Below, one piece after another: positions 37,958-47,297 of a stretch of 64,000 bases of DNA. Origin of the DNA: Pseudobdellovibrionaceae bacterium (GTDB lineage: Bacteria; Bdellovibrionota; Bdellovibrionia; Bdellovibrionales; Bdellovibrionaceae); NCBI GenBank assembly GCA_044359815.1, contig JBIKLL010000001.1, positions 81,481 through 145,480 of the forward strand. Direction: 5' to 3'. The translations under genes and the position numbers were made by a program. The notes under the pieces were generated by a model, which did not search any database, had not been told where the DNA came from, and saw only the letters and a program-made list of their open reading frames with translations. Position 1 is the first letter of the stretch. The number at the start of each line of letters is the position of its first letter.

Positions 37958-38461
37958 CTATTTCTCTTTTTCAAACGCCTGGATTACGGTGTCGGTCAAA
38001 TCAGCGTCCTTAGCAGCGTACAAAAATCCTGGGCCCTGTTTTTCTAAAACAACGGCGTAGTCTTTTTCTTTGGCTATTTTTTCAAGCACAGTTCGCATTT
38101 TATCCATCACAGGTTCCAAAACCTCGGCCTGCTTTTTCTGCATTTCCAGATTATTGTCAGCCAAGTTTTTCTGAAATTTCATACCTTCTTCTTCCAACTC
38201 GCCCCGTTTTTTCCCATAAACTTCTTCTGATAAAACGGTCTTTTTCTTTTCCAAGTCTTGAGCCATTTTTTCCAGATCACCACGTTTTTTTTCTAGTTCT
38301 TTTTTCCGTTTATTGTATTCAACATCCAAAGTGTCTTTGGCTTTTTTACCCACAGACGTGTTTTCGATAAACTTTTTCACGTCCACATAGCCAACCTTGC
38401 TGGCGGCATTTGCTGTTCCGACTAAACCCACTAAAGCCATAGCTGTGATTAAAAACTTCAT
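37958..38461 (-). CDS. skp: Periplasmic chaperone Skp/OmpH
   Basis: KVGYVDV, coiled coil, IAKEKDYAVVL, DLTDTVI; ATG at 38461 with SD AGGAGG. Confidence 0.92.
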   Translation of the reverse strand: MKFLITAMALVGLVGTANAASKVGYVDVKKFIENTSVGKKAKDTLDVEYNKRKKELEKKRGDLEKMAQDLEKKKTVLSEEVYGKKRGELEEEGMKFQKNLADNNLEMQKKQAEVLEPVMDKMRTVLEKIAKEKDYAVVLEKQGPGFLYAAKDADLTDTVIQAFEKEK

Positions 38462-38487
38462 AAATCCTCCTAGTGCAGTCATGCACA

Positions 38488-40998
38488 TTAAAATGGTGTT
38501 CCTATCGTAAACTGAAAAACATTGGCGTCTGGTGAAAACTCAGTGCGCCTTAGCGGAAATCCCCACTCAAACCTTAACGGTCCGATCGGAGAAAACCATC
38601 TGAATCCAAAACCCACGTTTGAATAAAAGCCTTCTGCAGTGATTTGGTCATCGGCTTGACCCAAATCATAAAATGCCACGCCTTTGATTCCAGCCTCAGC
38701 AATCAAAGGAAATTCAAATTCCATTTGATACAACAATTGTTTTTCGCCGCCATAAGGTCTTTGTGACAGTAAAGCCCTTCTTTGAGGGTCTGTGATTTGT
38801 TCAGAAGCTGGGACCTTGGGTACAGTGTCATCTGGAGGGGGCAAGGCCGCCGGGTTATGAGAGGCATCGTAATAGCGAGAATAAACCCGCTTACCCACGG
38901 TGTAGAAATTGTAACCCCTCAAGGTAAAGGCTCCGCCTAATTTATAAAGTTCATTAAATGGAACCGGGTCGGAATTGTGCGACTGAATAAATTGATAATT
39001 TAAATTATTTCGCCAAACCACTTCCCAAAAAAGCTTTTTAAAATATTTAAAGGATGTGATCCCACGAGTGTAATTAAATTTTCCGCCCAGGCCTGCGTAT
39101 TCCATCGTGCCTGATGCATAGATCCCGGCTGAAGGAGAAAATCTGTCGTTTCGCTTATCGTATTCCAAAACACCAGCGATGGAGCTGGTTAACCCTTGAG
39201 CTTTTTCTTTGTTGAAAATTGTTTCGTCAGTGTACACATGGTAATTGGTTCCATCGTCACGAATAATATAATCAATATTTGTTTGCTCTAAACGGTATCT
39301 GACAGAGCCTCTGATATATTCACCTAACGGGTGTCCAAACCTGAAGGTTCCCCCTGTGCGATTTTCTTTGTAATCAGCCTGATCTACAAAAGTTCTGGAA
39401 ACACCAAAACCTAAGCTCCATTCAGTGTCGTTAAAATAAGGTTCGGTAAAATCAAAACCATATTCTGTGATCCCTTGCCCATGCCTGATGTTAGAGCTCA
39501 GCGACTGTCCCTTACCCAGAAAATTAGTCTGACTGACACTTCCCTGCAATGAAAAACCAGAATTCGATCCCCAGCCGGCTCCCAGCTGAATCTGTCCTGT
39601 GTTTCTTTCTTTTAATGAAATCTCGATGTCCAATTGGTTGGGCTTATCAGGAGGCGTGGATGTTTTAAAATTCACTTCTTCAAAAAATCCTAAACGTCTG
39701 ACGTTATCAATTGATTCACGTTTATTGGTTTCGTTGTACAGTTCGCCTTCAGCAATTTTCAATTCCCGACGAACAACCTTATCCCGGGTCTTGGAATTTC
39801 CCACCACATTGATTTGCCCAAAATAGACTTTGTTACCCTTATCAAATTCAAAAGTGATGTCGATTTTGCGTTCTTTTTCCAAAATCCGAGTGCGCGGAAT
39901 CACATTCGTAAAGGCGTAACCCAAGTCTCCGTATTTAGCCTGCAATTCACTCAAGTCCTTTTGCAGAGTTTCATAGGAAAATGTTTTTCTTTTGTTGATT
40001 TCAATGGTGTCAGACAATTCGGTGCGCGAAAACAGCAAGTCACCTGCAAAATCTATTTCGCCGATGTCATATTGTTCACCTTCATCAATTTTAATAGTGA
40101 TGTAGATGCTTTTTTTATCCGGAGTCACATAAACTTCAGGTCGTTCGATTTTTGCCTGAACATAGCCTTCATTCAAATACAGAACCTTTAAAATCTGCAC
40201 GTCCCGCTCAAAGGCCTCTTGCTTGTAACCACCAGAGCCTGACATAAACGAAAAATATCCGGCTTCCGAAGTCGCTAAGCGAGCTTTTAAAAATCCATCC
40301 TTCAGTCTTTTGTTTCCCAAAAAAGTTATTTTTTGAACTTTAACTTTGTCGTTTTCGCTAACAGTGATTGTGAGCTTAACGCTTTCACCCTTTACCACGT
40401 CAGAAACTTTATAATTAAGCCTTGCTAAAAAATAACCTTTGTCCTCGTAAAACTTTTGAAGCTTGTCCATGGAATCTTTGACCTTGGTCATATTGATGAT
40501 TTCAAAAGCCTTCAATCCCGAGTTTTCCAACAAATCGTCTGTTTTAATTTCGCTGTTACCCTCAAAAACAATTTCAGCAATGGTTGGTTTTTCAACCACG
40601 TTGTAAATCAAAGTATCGCCATCACGTTCAACCCTGATGTCATTAAAAAAACCTGTCTTGTATAGGGCATCCATGTCTTCTCGCACTGTGGCTGCCGTAT
40701 AAAATTCGTTTTCTTTGACCTTAACCTTTAACAAAATGGCTTCTTTTTCGATGCGCTTGTTGCCCCGCACTTCGATTTTCGCGACTTTTTGCTGCGACGT
40801 GGCTTTTATCAGCGGATTTTTAGCTTGTTTTGCCGGCAATGGTTTGGATTTTTTGCCTGCATTTTGAGCTAATGCTGATTGATTCAATGCAAATGCAGCA
40901 GCAACATAAAAAAACAGAGTGATTTTAGGGATTTTCGATAGGTTTTTTAACACAAGGCAGAGGCTAGCAACGCCCAAAAAAATTGTCAAAAGAATCAA
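38488..40998 (-). CDS. bamA: Outer-membrane protein assembly factor BamA
   Basis: POTRA repeats (IEVRGNKRI, GNSKTRDKVVRRE), LRGY motif, GFGFRWFSPIGPLRFEWG, terminal Phe. Exact start uncertain. Confidence 0.97.
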   Translation of the reverse strand: MILLTIFLGVASLCLVLKNLSKIPKITLFFYVAAAFALNQSALAQNAGKKSKPLPAKQAKNPLIKATSQQKVAKIEVRGNKRIEKEAILLKVKVKENEFYTAATVREDMDALYKTGFFNDIRVERDGDTLIYNVVEKPTIAEIVFEGNSEIKTDDLLENSGLKAFEIINMTKVKDSMDKLQKFYEDKGYFLARLNYKVSDVVKGESVKLTITVSENDKVKVQKITFLGNKRLKDGFLKARLATSEAGYFSFMSGSGGYKQEAFERDVQILKVLYLNEGYVQAKIERPEVYVTPDKKSIYITIKIDEGEQYDIGEIDFAGDLLFSRTELSDTIEINKRKTFSYETLQKDLSELQAKYGDLGYAFTNVIPRTRILEKERKIDITFEFDKGNKVYFGQINVVGNSKTRDKVVRRELKIAEGELYNETNKRESIDNVRRLGFFEEVNFKTSTPPDKPNQLDIEISLKERNTGQIQLGAGWGSNSGFSLQGSVSQTNFLGKGQSLSSNIRHGQGITEYGFDFTEPYFNDTEWSLGFGVSRTFVDQADYKENRTGGTFRFGHPLGEYIRGSVRYRLEQTNIDYIIRDDGTNYHVYTDETIFNKEKAQGLTSSIAGVLEYDKRNDRFSPSAGIYASGTMEYAGLGGKFNYTRGITSFKYFKKLFWEVVWRNNLNYQFIQSHNSDPVPFNELYKLGGAFTLRGYNFYTVGKRVYSRYYDASHNPAALPPPDDTVPKVPASEQITDPQRRALLSQRPYGGEKQLLYQMEFEFPLIAEAGIKGVAFYDLGQADDQITAEGFYSNVGFGFRWFSPIGPLRFEWGFPLRRTEFSPDANVFQFTIGTPF

Positions 40999-41011
40999 AT
41001 TTAATCTTACT

Positions 41012-41704
41012 TTATTGTGCTGACCACAATCCGTCTTTGATAATCAGAGTGCGATTAAACTTTTTGGCAAACTGAATATCGTGAGTGACAACGATCAAGG
41101 TTAATCCAAATTCAGATTTTAAATTAAAAAACAGCTCTTGGATCAATTGAGAATTTTTTGAATCCAAATTTCCCGTGGGCTCATCGGCAAATAAAATTTT
41201 AGGACCATTGACTAAGGCTCTGGCAATGGCCACACGCTGCAATTCCCCGCCAGAAAGCTCTGATGGAAAATGATGCAGCCTTTGACCCAAACCCACTTTT
41301 GATAATAATTGAGTGGCTTTAGTTGTTGCAGCTTCTCGATCTAAATTTCCCACTAAACAAGGAAGCATGACGTTTTCAATAGCTGTGAATTCAGACATCA
41401 AATGATGAAACTGAAAAACAAATCCGATGTTTTGATTTCTAAATGCACTCAAGGCATCGTCGTTAAGGTGGGACAGATTTTGATTGAGCATCCATAAATC
41501 CCCCGAATCCGCACTGTCTAAACTGCCTAAAATATGCAGCAATGTGCTTTTACCGGCACCAGAGGCTCCGACGATGGCAATGGATTCACCCGATTGGACA
41601 GTCAGGTCAATTCCGCGCAGAACCTTAATGTCACTGATTCCTTGAGCAAAGGCTTTTGTAATGCCTTTGCATTGCAAAATATAATTGGAAGAAGTTTTAT
41701 TCAT
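41012..41704 (-). CDS. lolD: Lipoprotein-releasing ABC transporter ATP-binding protein
   Basis: [45 protein letters not shown]. Confidence 0.92.
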   Translation of the reverse strand: MNKTSSNYILQCKGITKAFAQGISDIKVLRGIDLTVQSGESIAIVGASGAGKSTLLHILGSLDSADSGDLWMLNQNLSHLNDDALSAFRNQNIGFVFQFHHLMSEFTAIENVMLPCLVGNLDREAATTKATQLLSKVGLGQRLHHFPSELSGGELQRVAIARALVNGPKILFADEPTGNLDSKNSQLIQELFFNLKSEFGLTLIVVTHDIQFAKKFNRTLIIKDGLWSAQ

Positions 41705-42902
41705 ACCTTAACCCTTCGACAGGTTTTAAATTAGCACCCTTTAAGGCTGGGGCGTAACTGGAAACCAAGCACACGATAATAGAACTCACAACAATATAAA
41801 GGGCATCCCATCCCCTTAAATGCAATTTTATGTGATCCACTTTGTAAACACTGAAAGGCAAAATATTGTAATTAGCTTCCAGGTATTCAAATCCAAAGCA
41901 CATCAAATAACCTAAAATAAATCCGATAAAAACCCCTATCACACCTAAAAACAATCCCTGTATGCAAAAAATCTTGATCAGATTTTTTTGTGACACACCC
42001 AGGGTTTTCAGTATGGCTATGTCAGCATATTTCCTGACCACATTTATATATTGTGTGATTGAAACATTAAAAGCTGCCGCAATCACGATGACCATTATGA
42101 CAAAAAATATCACGACCCTTTCAATTTTGACGGCTTCAAATAAATTTTCGCTAAATTCTTTCCAATCCCGCACTCGGTTTGTATCTGAAAGCTTTGAGCG
42201 TAATCGATCAGCTGTTTCGCGAGCTAAGTCTGAATCCTTTAATCCTAAAATTAACCCTGGAGCCCTTTTGGATAATAGCCCCATGGCTATCAGAAATTGA
42301 TCATTGGTAACCAGTAATCTTTCGTCAAATTCATATTTTCCAAAACTGATGATCCCGCTGATTTCAAATCTTAAAATCACCCGTTTAAAATCCCCTGGCT
42401 CCATTTCGTTTTTTTGTGGCACGATGACCCTAAACACGTCACCAATCTTAACCCCTAATTTTTGAGCCAAACTTTTACCAATGACAATACGGTTTCCCCT
42501 GATATCAAATTGGCCTTCAAAAATTCGGTTTTTCAAATTTAAAACAGAATCCACCGTATCAGGATTTAATGCCTGAATGTACACTCCGTTAACCTGGCCC
42601 TGAAAGGCTGCCACACCTTCAATCGAATAAAAGGTAGTCGATGAAATCATATCTGGAGCAATGTTTTTGATTTCGTTTAAATCCAATTCTTTGTTGTCAA
42701 AATTAAATATTTGAATGTGTCCCGCCACATCGATAATGCTTTTTCTCAGAGTCGCTTCAAATCCACTGACTACAGCCATTGATACAACCAGGCTAGCCAC
42801 ACCGATGGACAATCCAATTAATGAAATCAATCCGTTCGTTGAAAACAGCGCAGAATTTTTAGATTTCAATAACCTAATTGAAAACCACCAAAGATCCTTC
42901 AT
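41697..42902 (-). CDS. Lipoprotein-releasing ABC transporter permease (LolC/E/F family)
   Basis: [43 protein letters not shown]. Confidence 0.9.
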   Translation of the reverse strand: MKDLWWFSIRLLKSKNSALFSTNGLISLIGLSIGVASLVVSMAVVSGFEATLRKSIIDVAGHIQIFNFDNKELDLNEIKNIAPDMISSTTFYSIEGVAAFQGQVNGVYIQALNPDTVDSVLNLKNRIFEGQFDIRGNRIVIGKSLAQKLGVKIGDVFRVIVPQKNEMEPGDFKRVILRFEISGIISFGKYEFDERLLVTNDQFLIAMGLLSKRAPGLILGLKDSDLARETADRLRSKLSDTNRVRDWKEFSENLFEAVKIERVVIFFVIMVIVIAAAFNVSITQYINVVRKYADIAILKTLGVSQKNLIKIFCIQGLFLGVIGVFIGFILGYLMCFGFEYLEANYNILPFSVYKVDHIKLHLRGWDALYIVVSSIIVCLVSSYAPALKGANLKPVEGLRYE

Positions 42903-44015
42903 TGAGCCACCTGAGCTCTTAAAAAACTCAAAATAAAGCCATCCAAATCACCGTCCATCACGTCTTGAACCTGATTGGTTTCAAATGTGGTTCTGTGGTC
43001 TTTTACCATTTGATAAGGATGCATCACATAGGATCTGATCTGCGATCCCCATTCATTGGCTTTTTTGCCAGCTTCCATTTCTTGCTTTTTTTGATTGCGA
43101 GCTTCCAGCTCTTTTTCATACAGAGCAGCCTTAAGCATCTTCATCGCTTTTTCGCGGTTTTGGATTTGGCTTCTTTCGCTCTGACATTGAACGACGATAT
43201 TTGTGGGCAAATGGTACATGCGCACAGCTGAATCAGTTCGATTAACGTGCTGACCGCCTGCCCCACTGGACCTATAGGTTTCTACTTTGATATCATCAGG
43301 TTTAATGTCGATTTTAATGTCGTCATCAACCTCAGCCCATGCAAACACTGAAGCAAAGCTTGTGTGCCTGCGAGCATTTGAATCAAACGGGGAAATCCTA
43401 ACCAATCTGTGCACACCGCTTTCGGCCTTTAAATACCCATAGGCATAGGCGCCTTCAATCAGCATTGTGACTGATTTTATCCCAGCACCTTCACCATCGG
43501 TTTGCTCCAACACCTCAACCTTGTATCCATGGTGTTCGGCATACCTGGTGTACATGCGCATCAGCATAGCTGCCCAGTCGCAGGATTCAGTCCCACCCGC
43601 TCCTGAATTTATTGATAAATAGGTGCTGTTGGCGTCGACTTCACCATTTAAAAGCTTCACAAGTTCTAATTCCTGAGCCCGTTTTTCCAGCAACGTAAGC
43701 TCTGATTTAGCTTCGGCAAAAGTGGCTTCATCCTGAGCATCAATAGCCATGTCCAACAAAACCTCAGCGTCTTTGAGTCTTTGTTCAAAGGACAGGTATT
43801 CGTTGATGGCTTTTTCTAAAAAAGATTTTTCTTTGTTTAATTGCTGAAGCTTAGTGGGATCATTCCAGACAGCTGGATTTTCTGATTGTAAAAGCACTTC
43901 TTCCAGTCTTTTACGCTTTTTATCCAAGTCAAAGGTACCCCCGAATCTGCACAGACTGGTCCTTTAAATTGCTTAGCAGTTTTTTGACTTCGTAAGTTTC
44001 TGATACAATCGACAT
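42899..44015 (-). CDS. prfB: Peptide chain release factor 2, with programmed +1 frameshift
   Basis: ATG at 44015 gives 28 codons ending RGYL (CTT), then TGA-C at 43931-43928; the +1 frame continues into the 342-aa ORF with SPF and GGQ motifs. Confidence 0.97.
43928..43942 (-). other. RF2 programmed ribosomal frameshift site
   Basis: Minus strand GGGGG-TAC-CTT-TGA-C: internal SD-like run 3 nt before the CTT-TGA-C shift site. Confidence 0.95.
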
Positions 44016-44041
44016 AGGTTTTTAATTTCTTAGTAAAGGAT

Positions 44042-44500
44042 TTAATAGTCAACAAGCTTCTTATTTTGAAATTCGCTAAAAGCGGCGTCCTGAATGGCAA
44101 ACATTTTTTTGGCCTGCATTGGGCTTTTATCGTGATCATAACCCAGCAAATGCAAAATCCCATGAATCAGCAAATAAATAAATTCTAGTCTCAGAATGTG
44201 ATTGTGGCTTTTTGCTTGTTCCTTTAGCACAGGCAAACAAAAAACCAATTCCCCTAAAAAGGGATCAGCGGATTCAAAACTCAGCACATCAGTGGGATAG
44301 GATTTGTTTCTAAACTGATGATTCAGTTTGGCTGATTCTGCCCTACCCAAAAAAACCAGGGTGATATTTTTGCGTAAAAGTTTCTGAGATTCTTTTTTGG
44401 GTAAGCGGGCTTTTAAAACAGCTGCTACGTCTTGCAAGTCTTTTTGAATTTTTCTTGCTGAAAGCTCTGTTTTAGTTCTATTTATCAGGGTCATTTTCAT
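44042..44500 (-). CDS. ybeY: rRNA maturation RNase YbeY
   Basis: LNHQFRNKSYPTDVLSF, LGELV, IHGILHLLGYDH. Confidence 0.95.
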   Translation of the reverse strand: MKMTLINRTKTELSARKIQKDLQDVAAVLKARLPKKESQKLLRKNITLVFLGRAESAKLNHQFRNKSYPTDVLSFESADPFLGELVFCLPVLKEQAKSHNHILRLEFIYLLIHGILHLLGYDHDKSPMQAKKMFAIQDAAFSEFQNKKLVDY

Positions 44501-44531
44501 GACTCAAATTATTAGATTGGATTCTTGGTTG

Positions 44532-45149
44532 ATGCAAGAAATCGTTAAACCTGATCATTGCCCTTTGTGTGAAGGCTCACATAAAACCCTGCTTGAAACG
44601 GCTTACTGGCGCTGCTCACAGTGTCAGCTGGTTTGGAAAGATCCCTCCAAATACATAGATAGCCAATCTGCCAGATCCAGATATTTAACCCACAATAACC
44701 ATATTGATAGCCCCGGATATGTCCAGTTTTTGTCTGCAATGATTGAATCGGTAAAATCCTATCCCTGGAGCAATCCTGTAAACACAAAGGGATTGGATTA
44801 TGGCTGTGGCCCCACTAATGTGATGTCTGAATTGCTTAAACAGCATAGCTTTGCGGTTGACGATTATGATCCCAATTTTTTTAATCACCCTCTGGAAAAG
44901 CAATACGATTTTATAATCTGTCATGAGGTCTGCGAACATTTTGAGAATCCCCAACAGGATTTCAATCACATAAAAGAACTTCTGAATCCCAATGGAGTTT
45001 TATTTTTACGAACCCGGCTGTACCAACCCAATCAGGTTTTTTCCCAATGGAGTTACGCAAGGGACAAGACTCATGTTTGCTTTTACAATGAGGCCACCAT
45101 CGATTGGCTTAAAACTCAATTTGCAAATCTGGTTTTTGTTAATGGATAA
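44532..45149 (+). CDS. Class I SAM-dependent methyltransferase with N-terminal zinc-binding CxxC pairs
   Basis: CPLC...CSQC, RYLTHNN, GLDYGCGP, YDPNF, EVCEHF, DKTHVCFY. Start taken at ATG 44532 because ATG 44499 overlaps the ybeY start head-to-head. Confidence 0.88.
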   Translation: MQEIVKPDHCPLCEGSHKTLLETAYWRCSQCQLVWKDPSKYIDSQSARSRYLTHNNHIDSPGYVQFLSAMIESVKSYPWSNPVNTKGLDYGCGPTNVMSELLKQHSFAVDDYDPNFFNHPLEKQYDFIICHEVCEHFENPQQDFNHIKELLNPNGVLFLRTRLYQPNQVFSQWSYARDKTHVCFYNEATIDWLKTQFANLVFVNG

Positions 45150-45157
45150 AAATCCCT

Positions 45158-45538
45158 ATGAAAACTGATAAAGACCGCCCATCAACTTGGGTTCAATACA
45201 AACCTGAACTGTGCCAAAAATGCATGGGATCTTGCTGCACCATGCCCGTTGAAATTGAAGCCTCTGATTTATTGCAAATGGGCCTGATCACCCAGGACGA
45301 ATTTCAAACCAGTCATAAAAAAGCATTCAAACGTCTGCTGAAAGCTGGGATCGTATCCCAGTTCAGATCGACTACCGGAAAGTTTATGTTGTCCCAAAAA
45401 GCCAACGACGATTGCTATTTTTTAGATTCTAAAACCAGACTGTGTACCGTGTATTCAAAGCGGCCCCAGGTGTGTAGGGACTTTCCCACCAAAATGGGTC
45501 CTAAGCTGACTTATTGCCCCTTTTTGGCAAAAGTCTAA
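45158..45538 (+). CDS. YkgJ family cysteine-cluster protein
   Basis: CQKCMGSCC...CYFLD...CTVYSKRPQVCRDFP. Confidence 0.92.
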   Translation: MKTDKDRPSTWVQYKPELCQKCMGSCCTMPVEIEASDLLQMGLITQDEFQTSHKKAFKRLLKAGIVSQFRSTTGKFMLSQKANDDCYFLDSKTRLCTVYSKRPQVCRDFPTKMGPKLTYCPFLAKV

Positions 45539-45617
45539 TCTGTAAACATTTTCTTATCGCCTAAAGCGCTAGGTTTTGCCTTGGACAGGCACAAATTTCG
45601 TAGGCTAAGTGGTTTAT

Positions 45618-46160
45618 ATGAAAACAATTATTTTTACCGCTCTTATTGGGATGATGGCTACAAACGCAATTGCAGGACAAAGTTTTCGTCCAGGAAAGGT
45701 CAAAACTTTCGCCGCCGCCTCTGAAGGCAACTATGTTTTGAAAGCTGATCAGTCTGACAAATGCAAACCAGCCCTATTTATCCAATTTTTTTCTGAACAA
45801 TCCAGCAATGCTGTTGCTGAATATCTGCAGCTAAGCCCCGGTGGTTATTTGGTGATTGGACTTCAACACCCAAGCCAGGATCAAAAACTGATGGAGCCCA
45901 TATTTTTCAGACAGTACCCTGAAAATAGCTTGGTAAAATATGATATGACCTACGATAGACTTGTTAAAAGACAAGCCTCCAAGTCCTATAGCTGCAAATT
46001 GTGCGACGTTAGAGTGTTTGAAATCACAATGTCGAGCCCTCAAGGCAAAGCACTGGAAATCAAATACAGCTCTTTTATCGATAGGGATATATTGAGTGAC
46101 GTCATCAGCACCGTGACAGACGATCAAAGTGCTGACTCTTGCCTGTACCAGCGCCAGTAG
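45618..46160 (+). CDS. Hypothetical exported protein
   Basis: Signal peptide MKTIIFTALIGMMATNAIA; four Cys in the mature part; no family recognised. Confidence 0.6.
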   Translation: MKTIIFTALIGMMATNAIAGQSFRPGKVKTFAAASEGNYVLKADQSDKCKPALFIQFFSEQSSNAVAEYLQLSPGGYLVIGLQHPSQDQKLMEPIFFRQYPENSLVKYDMTYDRLVKRQASKSYSCKLCDVRVFEITMSSPQGKALEIKYSSFIDRDILSDVISTVTDDQSADSCLYQRQ

Positions 46161-46174
46161 TTCAAACAGTTTAT

Positions 46175-47008
46175 TTAGATATTAATAAATGTTCTTAAAG
46201 TCGCAATCAATGACGAATACTGAGCAGAATTTTTTTCTGTGATCAGTTCTCCGTTTATATATTCAGTGGAAGTTTTTGTTCCATTAGGAAAATAGCTGAC
46301 ACTAAAATAAGTAATTGATTTGCTGTTTACCATCGCCATCATGTTAAAATCCTGAGACACAATCACTGCAGGATCTGCTTCTGAAACCCTTGTGGTCACA
46401 ACAAAAATCAAATTAATTTCTCCAAAAGATTGGGTCTTCAATTTTAGATTGTAGTTTATAGATGTCGCAGTCAGTTTACCAACAGAACTGTAATCCCAAT
46501 ACCCACCAAATTCCCCTGAAGCTCTGATGACCTCCAAAGAGTTTCTGTAAAGAGGGCTTTTTACGTCATAGATCAATGTGCCTGAAAAATTAATTTTATC
46601 ACCCAGCGCAGCTCTGACAAACTGACTGTCCACAGTAAAGCTCAGGGGACAATTGGTGCCGGTCAAAACGTTAGATACTGACAAAGGCAATGCGGAAAAA
46701 TCAACGGCTGTGCGATTAGGAACACAATAAGTAGCAATGTCCTGTTTCAGTTGTGCCAGCACTGAACCTGGAGCGGGATTAGCTCTTTTAAGACCGAAAT
46801 CAATATTTCCGTGCGAAACCGAATTTGAACTGCCAATGGCGCCCATGGATTCTGAAACACCTTTCAGAGCCACAGTGACCTCGGCCTCTTGTTGGGTTAT
46901 CATCTCAGAAGATTCTTCAGCTAAATTGTATTTTGGGATGGGGCTACACGCAACAGCTCCAGCCAACAAAATTAAAGCCAATATGATTTTTAAATAAGTC
47001 TGATTCAT
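46175..47008 (-). CDS. Hypothetical lipoprotein, beta-rich
   Basis: Lipobox AVAC; ATG at 47008 with SD AGGAG. Confidence 0.65.
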   Translation of the reverse strand: MNQTYLKIILALILLAGAVACSPIPKYNLAEESSEMITQQEAEVTVALKGVSESMGAIGSSNSVSHGNIDFGLKRANPAPGSVLAQLKQDIATYCVPNRTAVDFSALPLSVSNVLTGTNCPLSFTVDSQFVRAALGDKINFSGTLIYDVKSPLYRNSLEVIRASGEFGGYWDYSSVGKLTATSINYNLKLKTQSFGEINLIFVVTTRVSEADPAVIVSQDFNMMAMVNSKSITYFSVSYFPNGTKTSTEYINGELITEKNSAQYSSLIATLRTFINI

Positions 47009-47297
47009 TCTCACTCCTAAAGCATTCCTGCTAGAATCAGATTAATCGAAAGCTTCACTAAATAAAATCTGTCAAACTTTTTGGAATGTTAATCTTTCAG
47101 TCGCTGAACACCGATGGAAAAAACCATCTTAATTGCAGGAATGCTATAGGGCCACAATGTTTCAAAACCGATCAAATCACCCTTTCGGTTGTCAGCTAGT
47201 TTTTCACACAAATTGAAACACTTAAACGCAGATTAATAATCTATTAACAGTTTTTACCTATGAAAATCACAGGAAAACAGTTTCGTTTTGAAACAAA

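Noticed and set aside
42899..44015. prfB as a frameshifted pseudogene
   Set aside because: The break is the canonical programmed CTT-TGA-C site with an internal SD.
45545..45608. GGCAAAACC-containing hairpins as a c-di-GMP-I riboswitch
   Set aside because: Lacks the GNRA-capped stem and downstream GCAAAGC segment, and would be antisense to the flanking genes.
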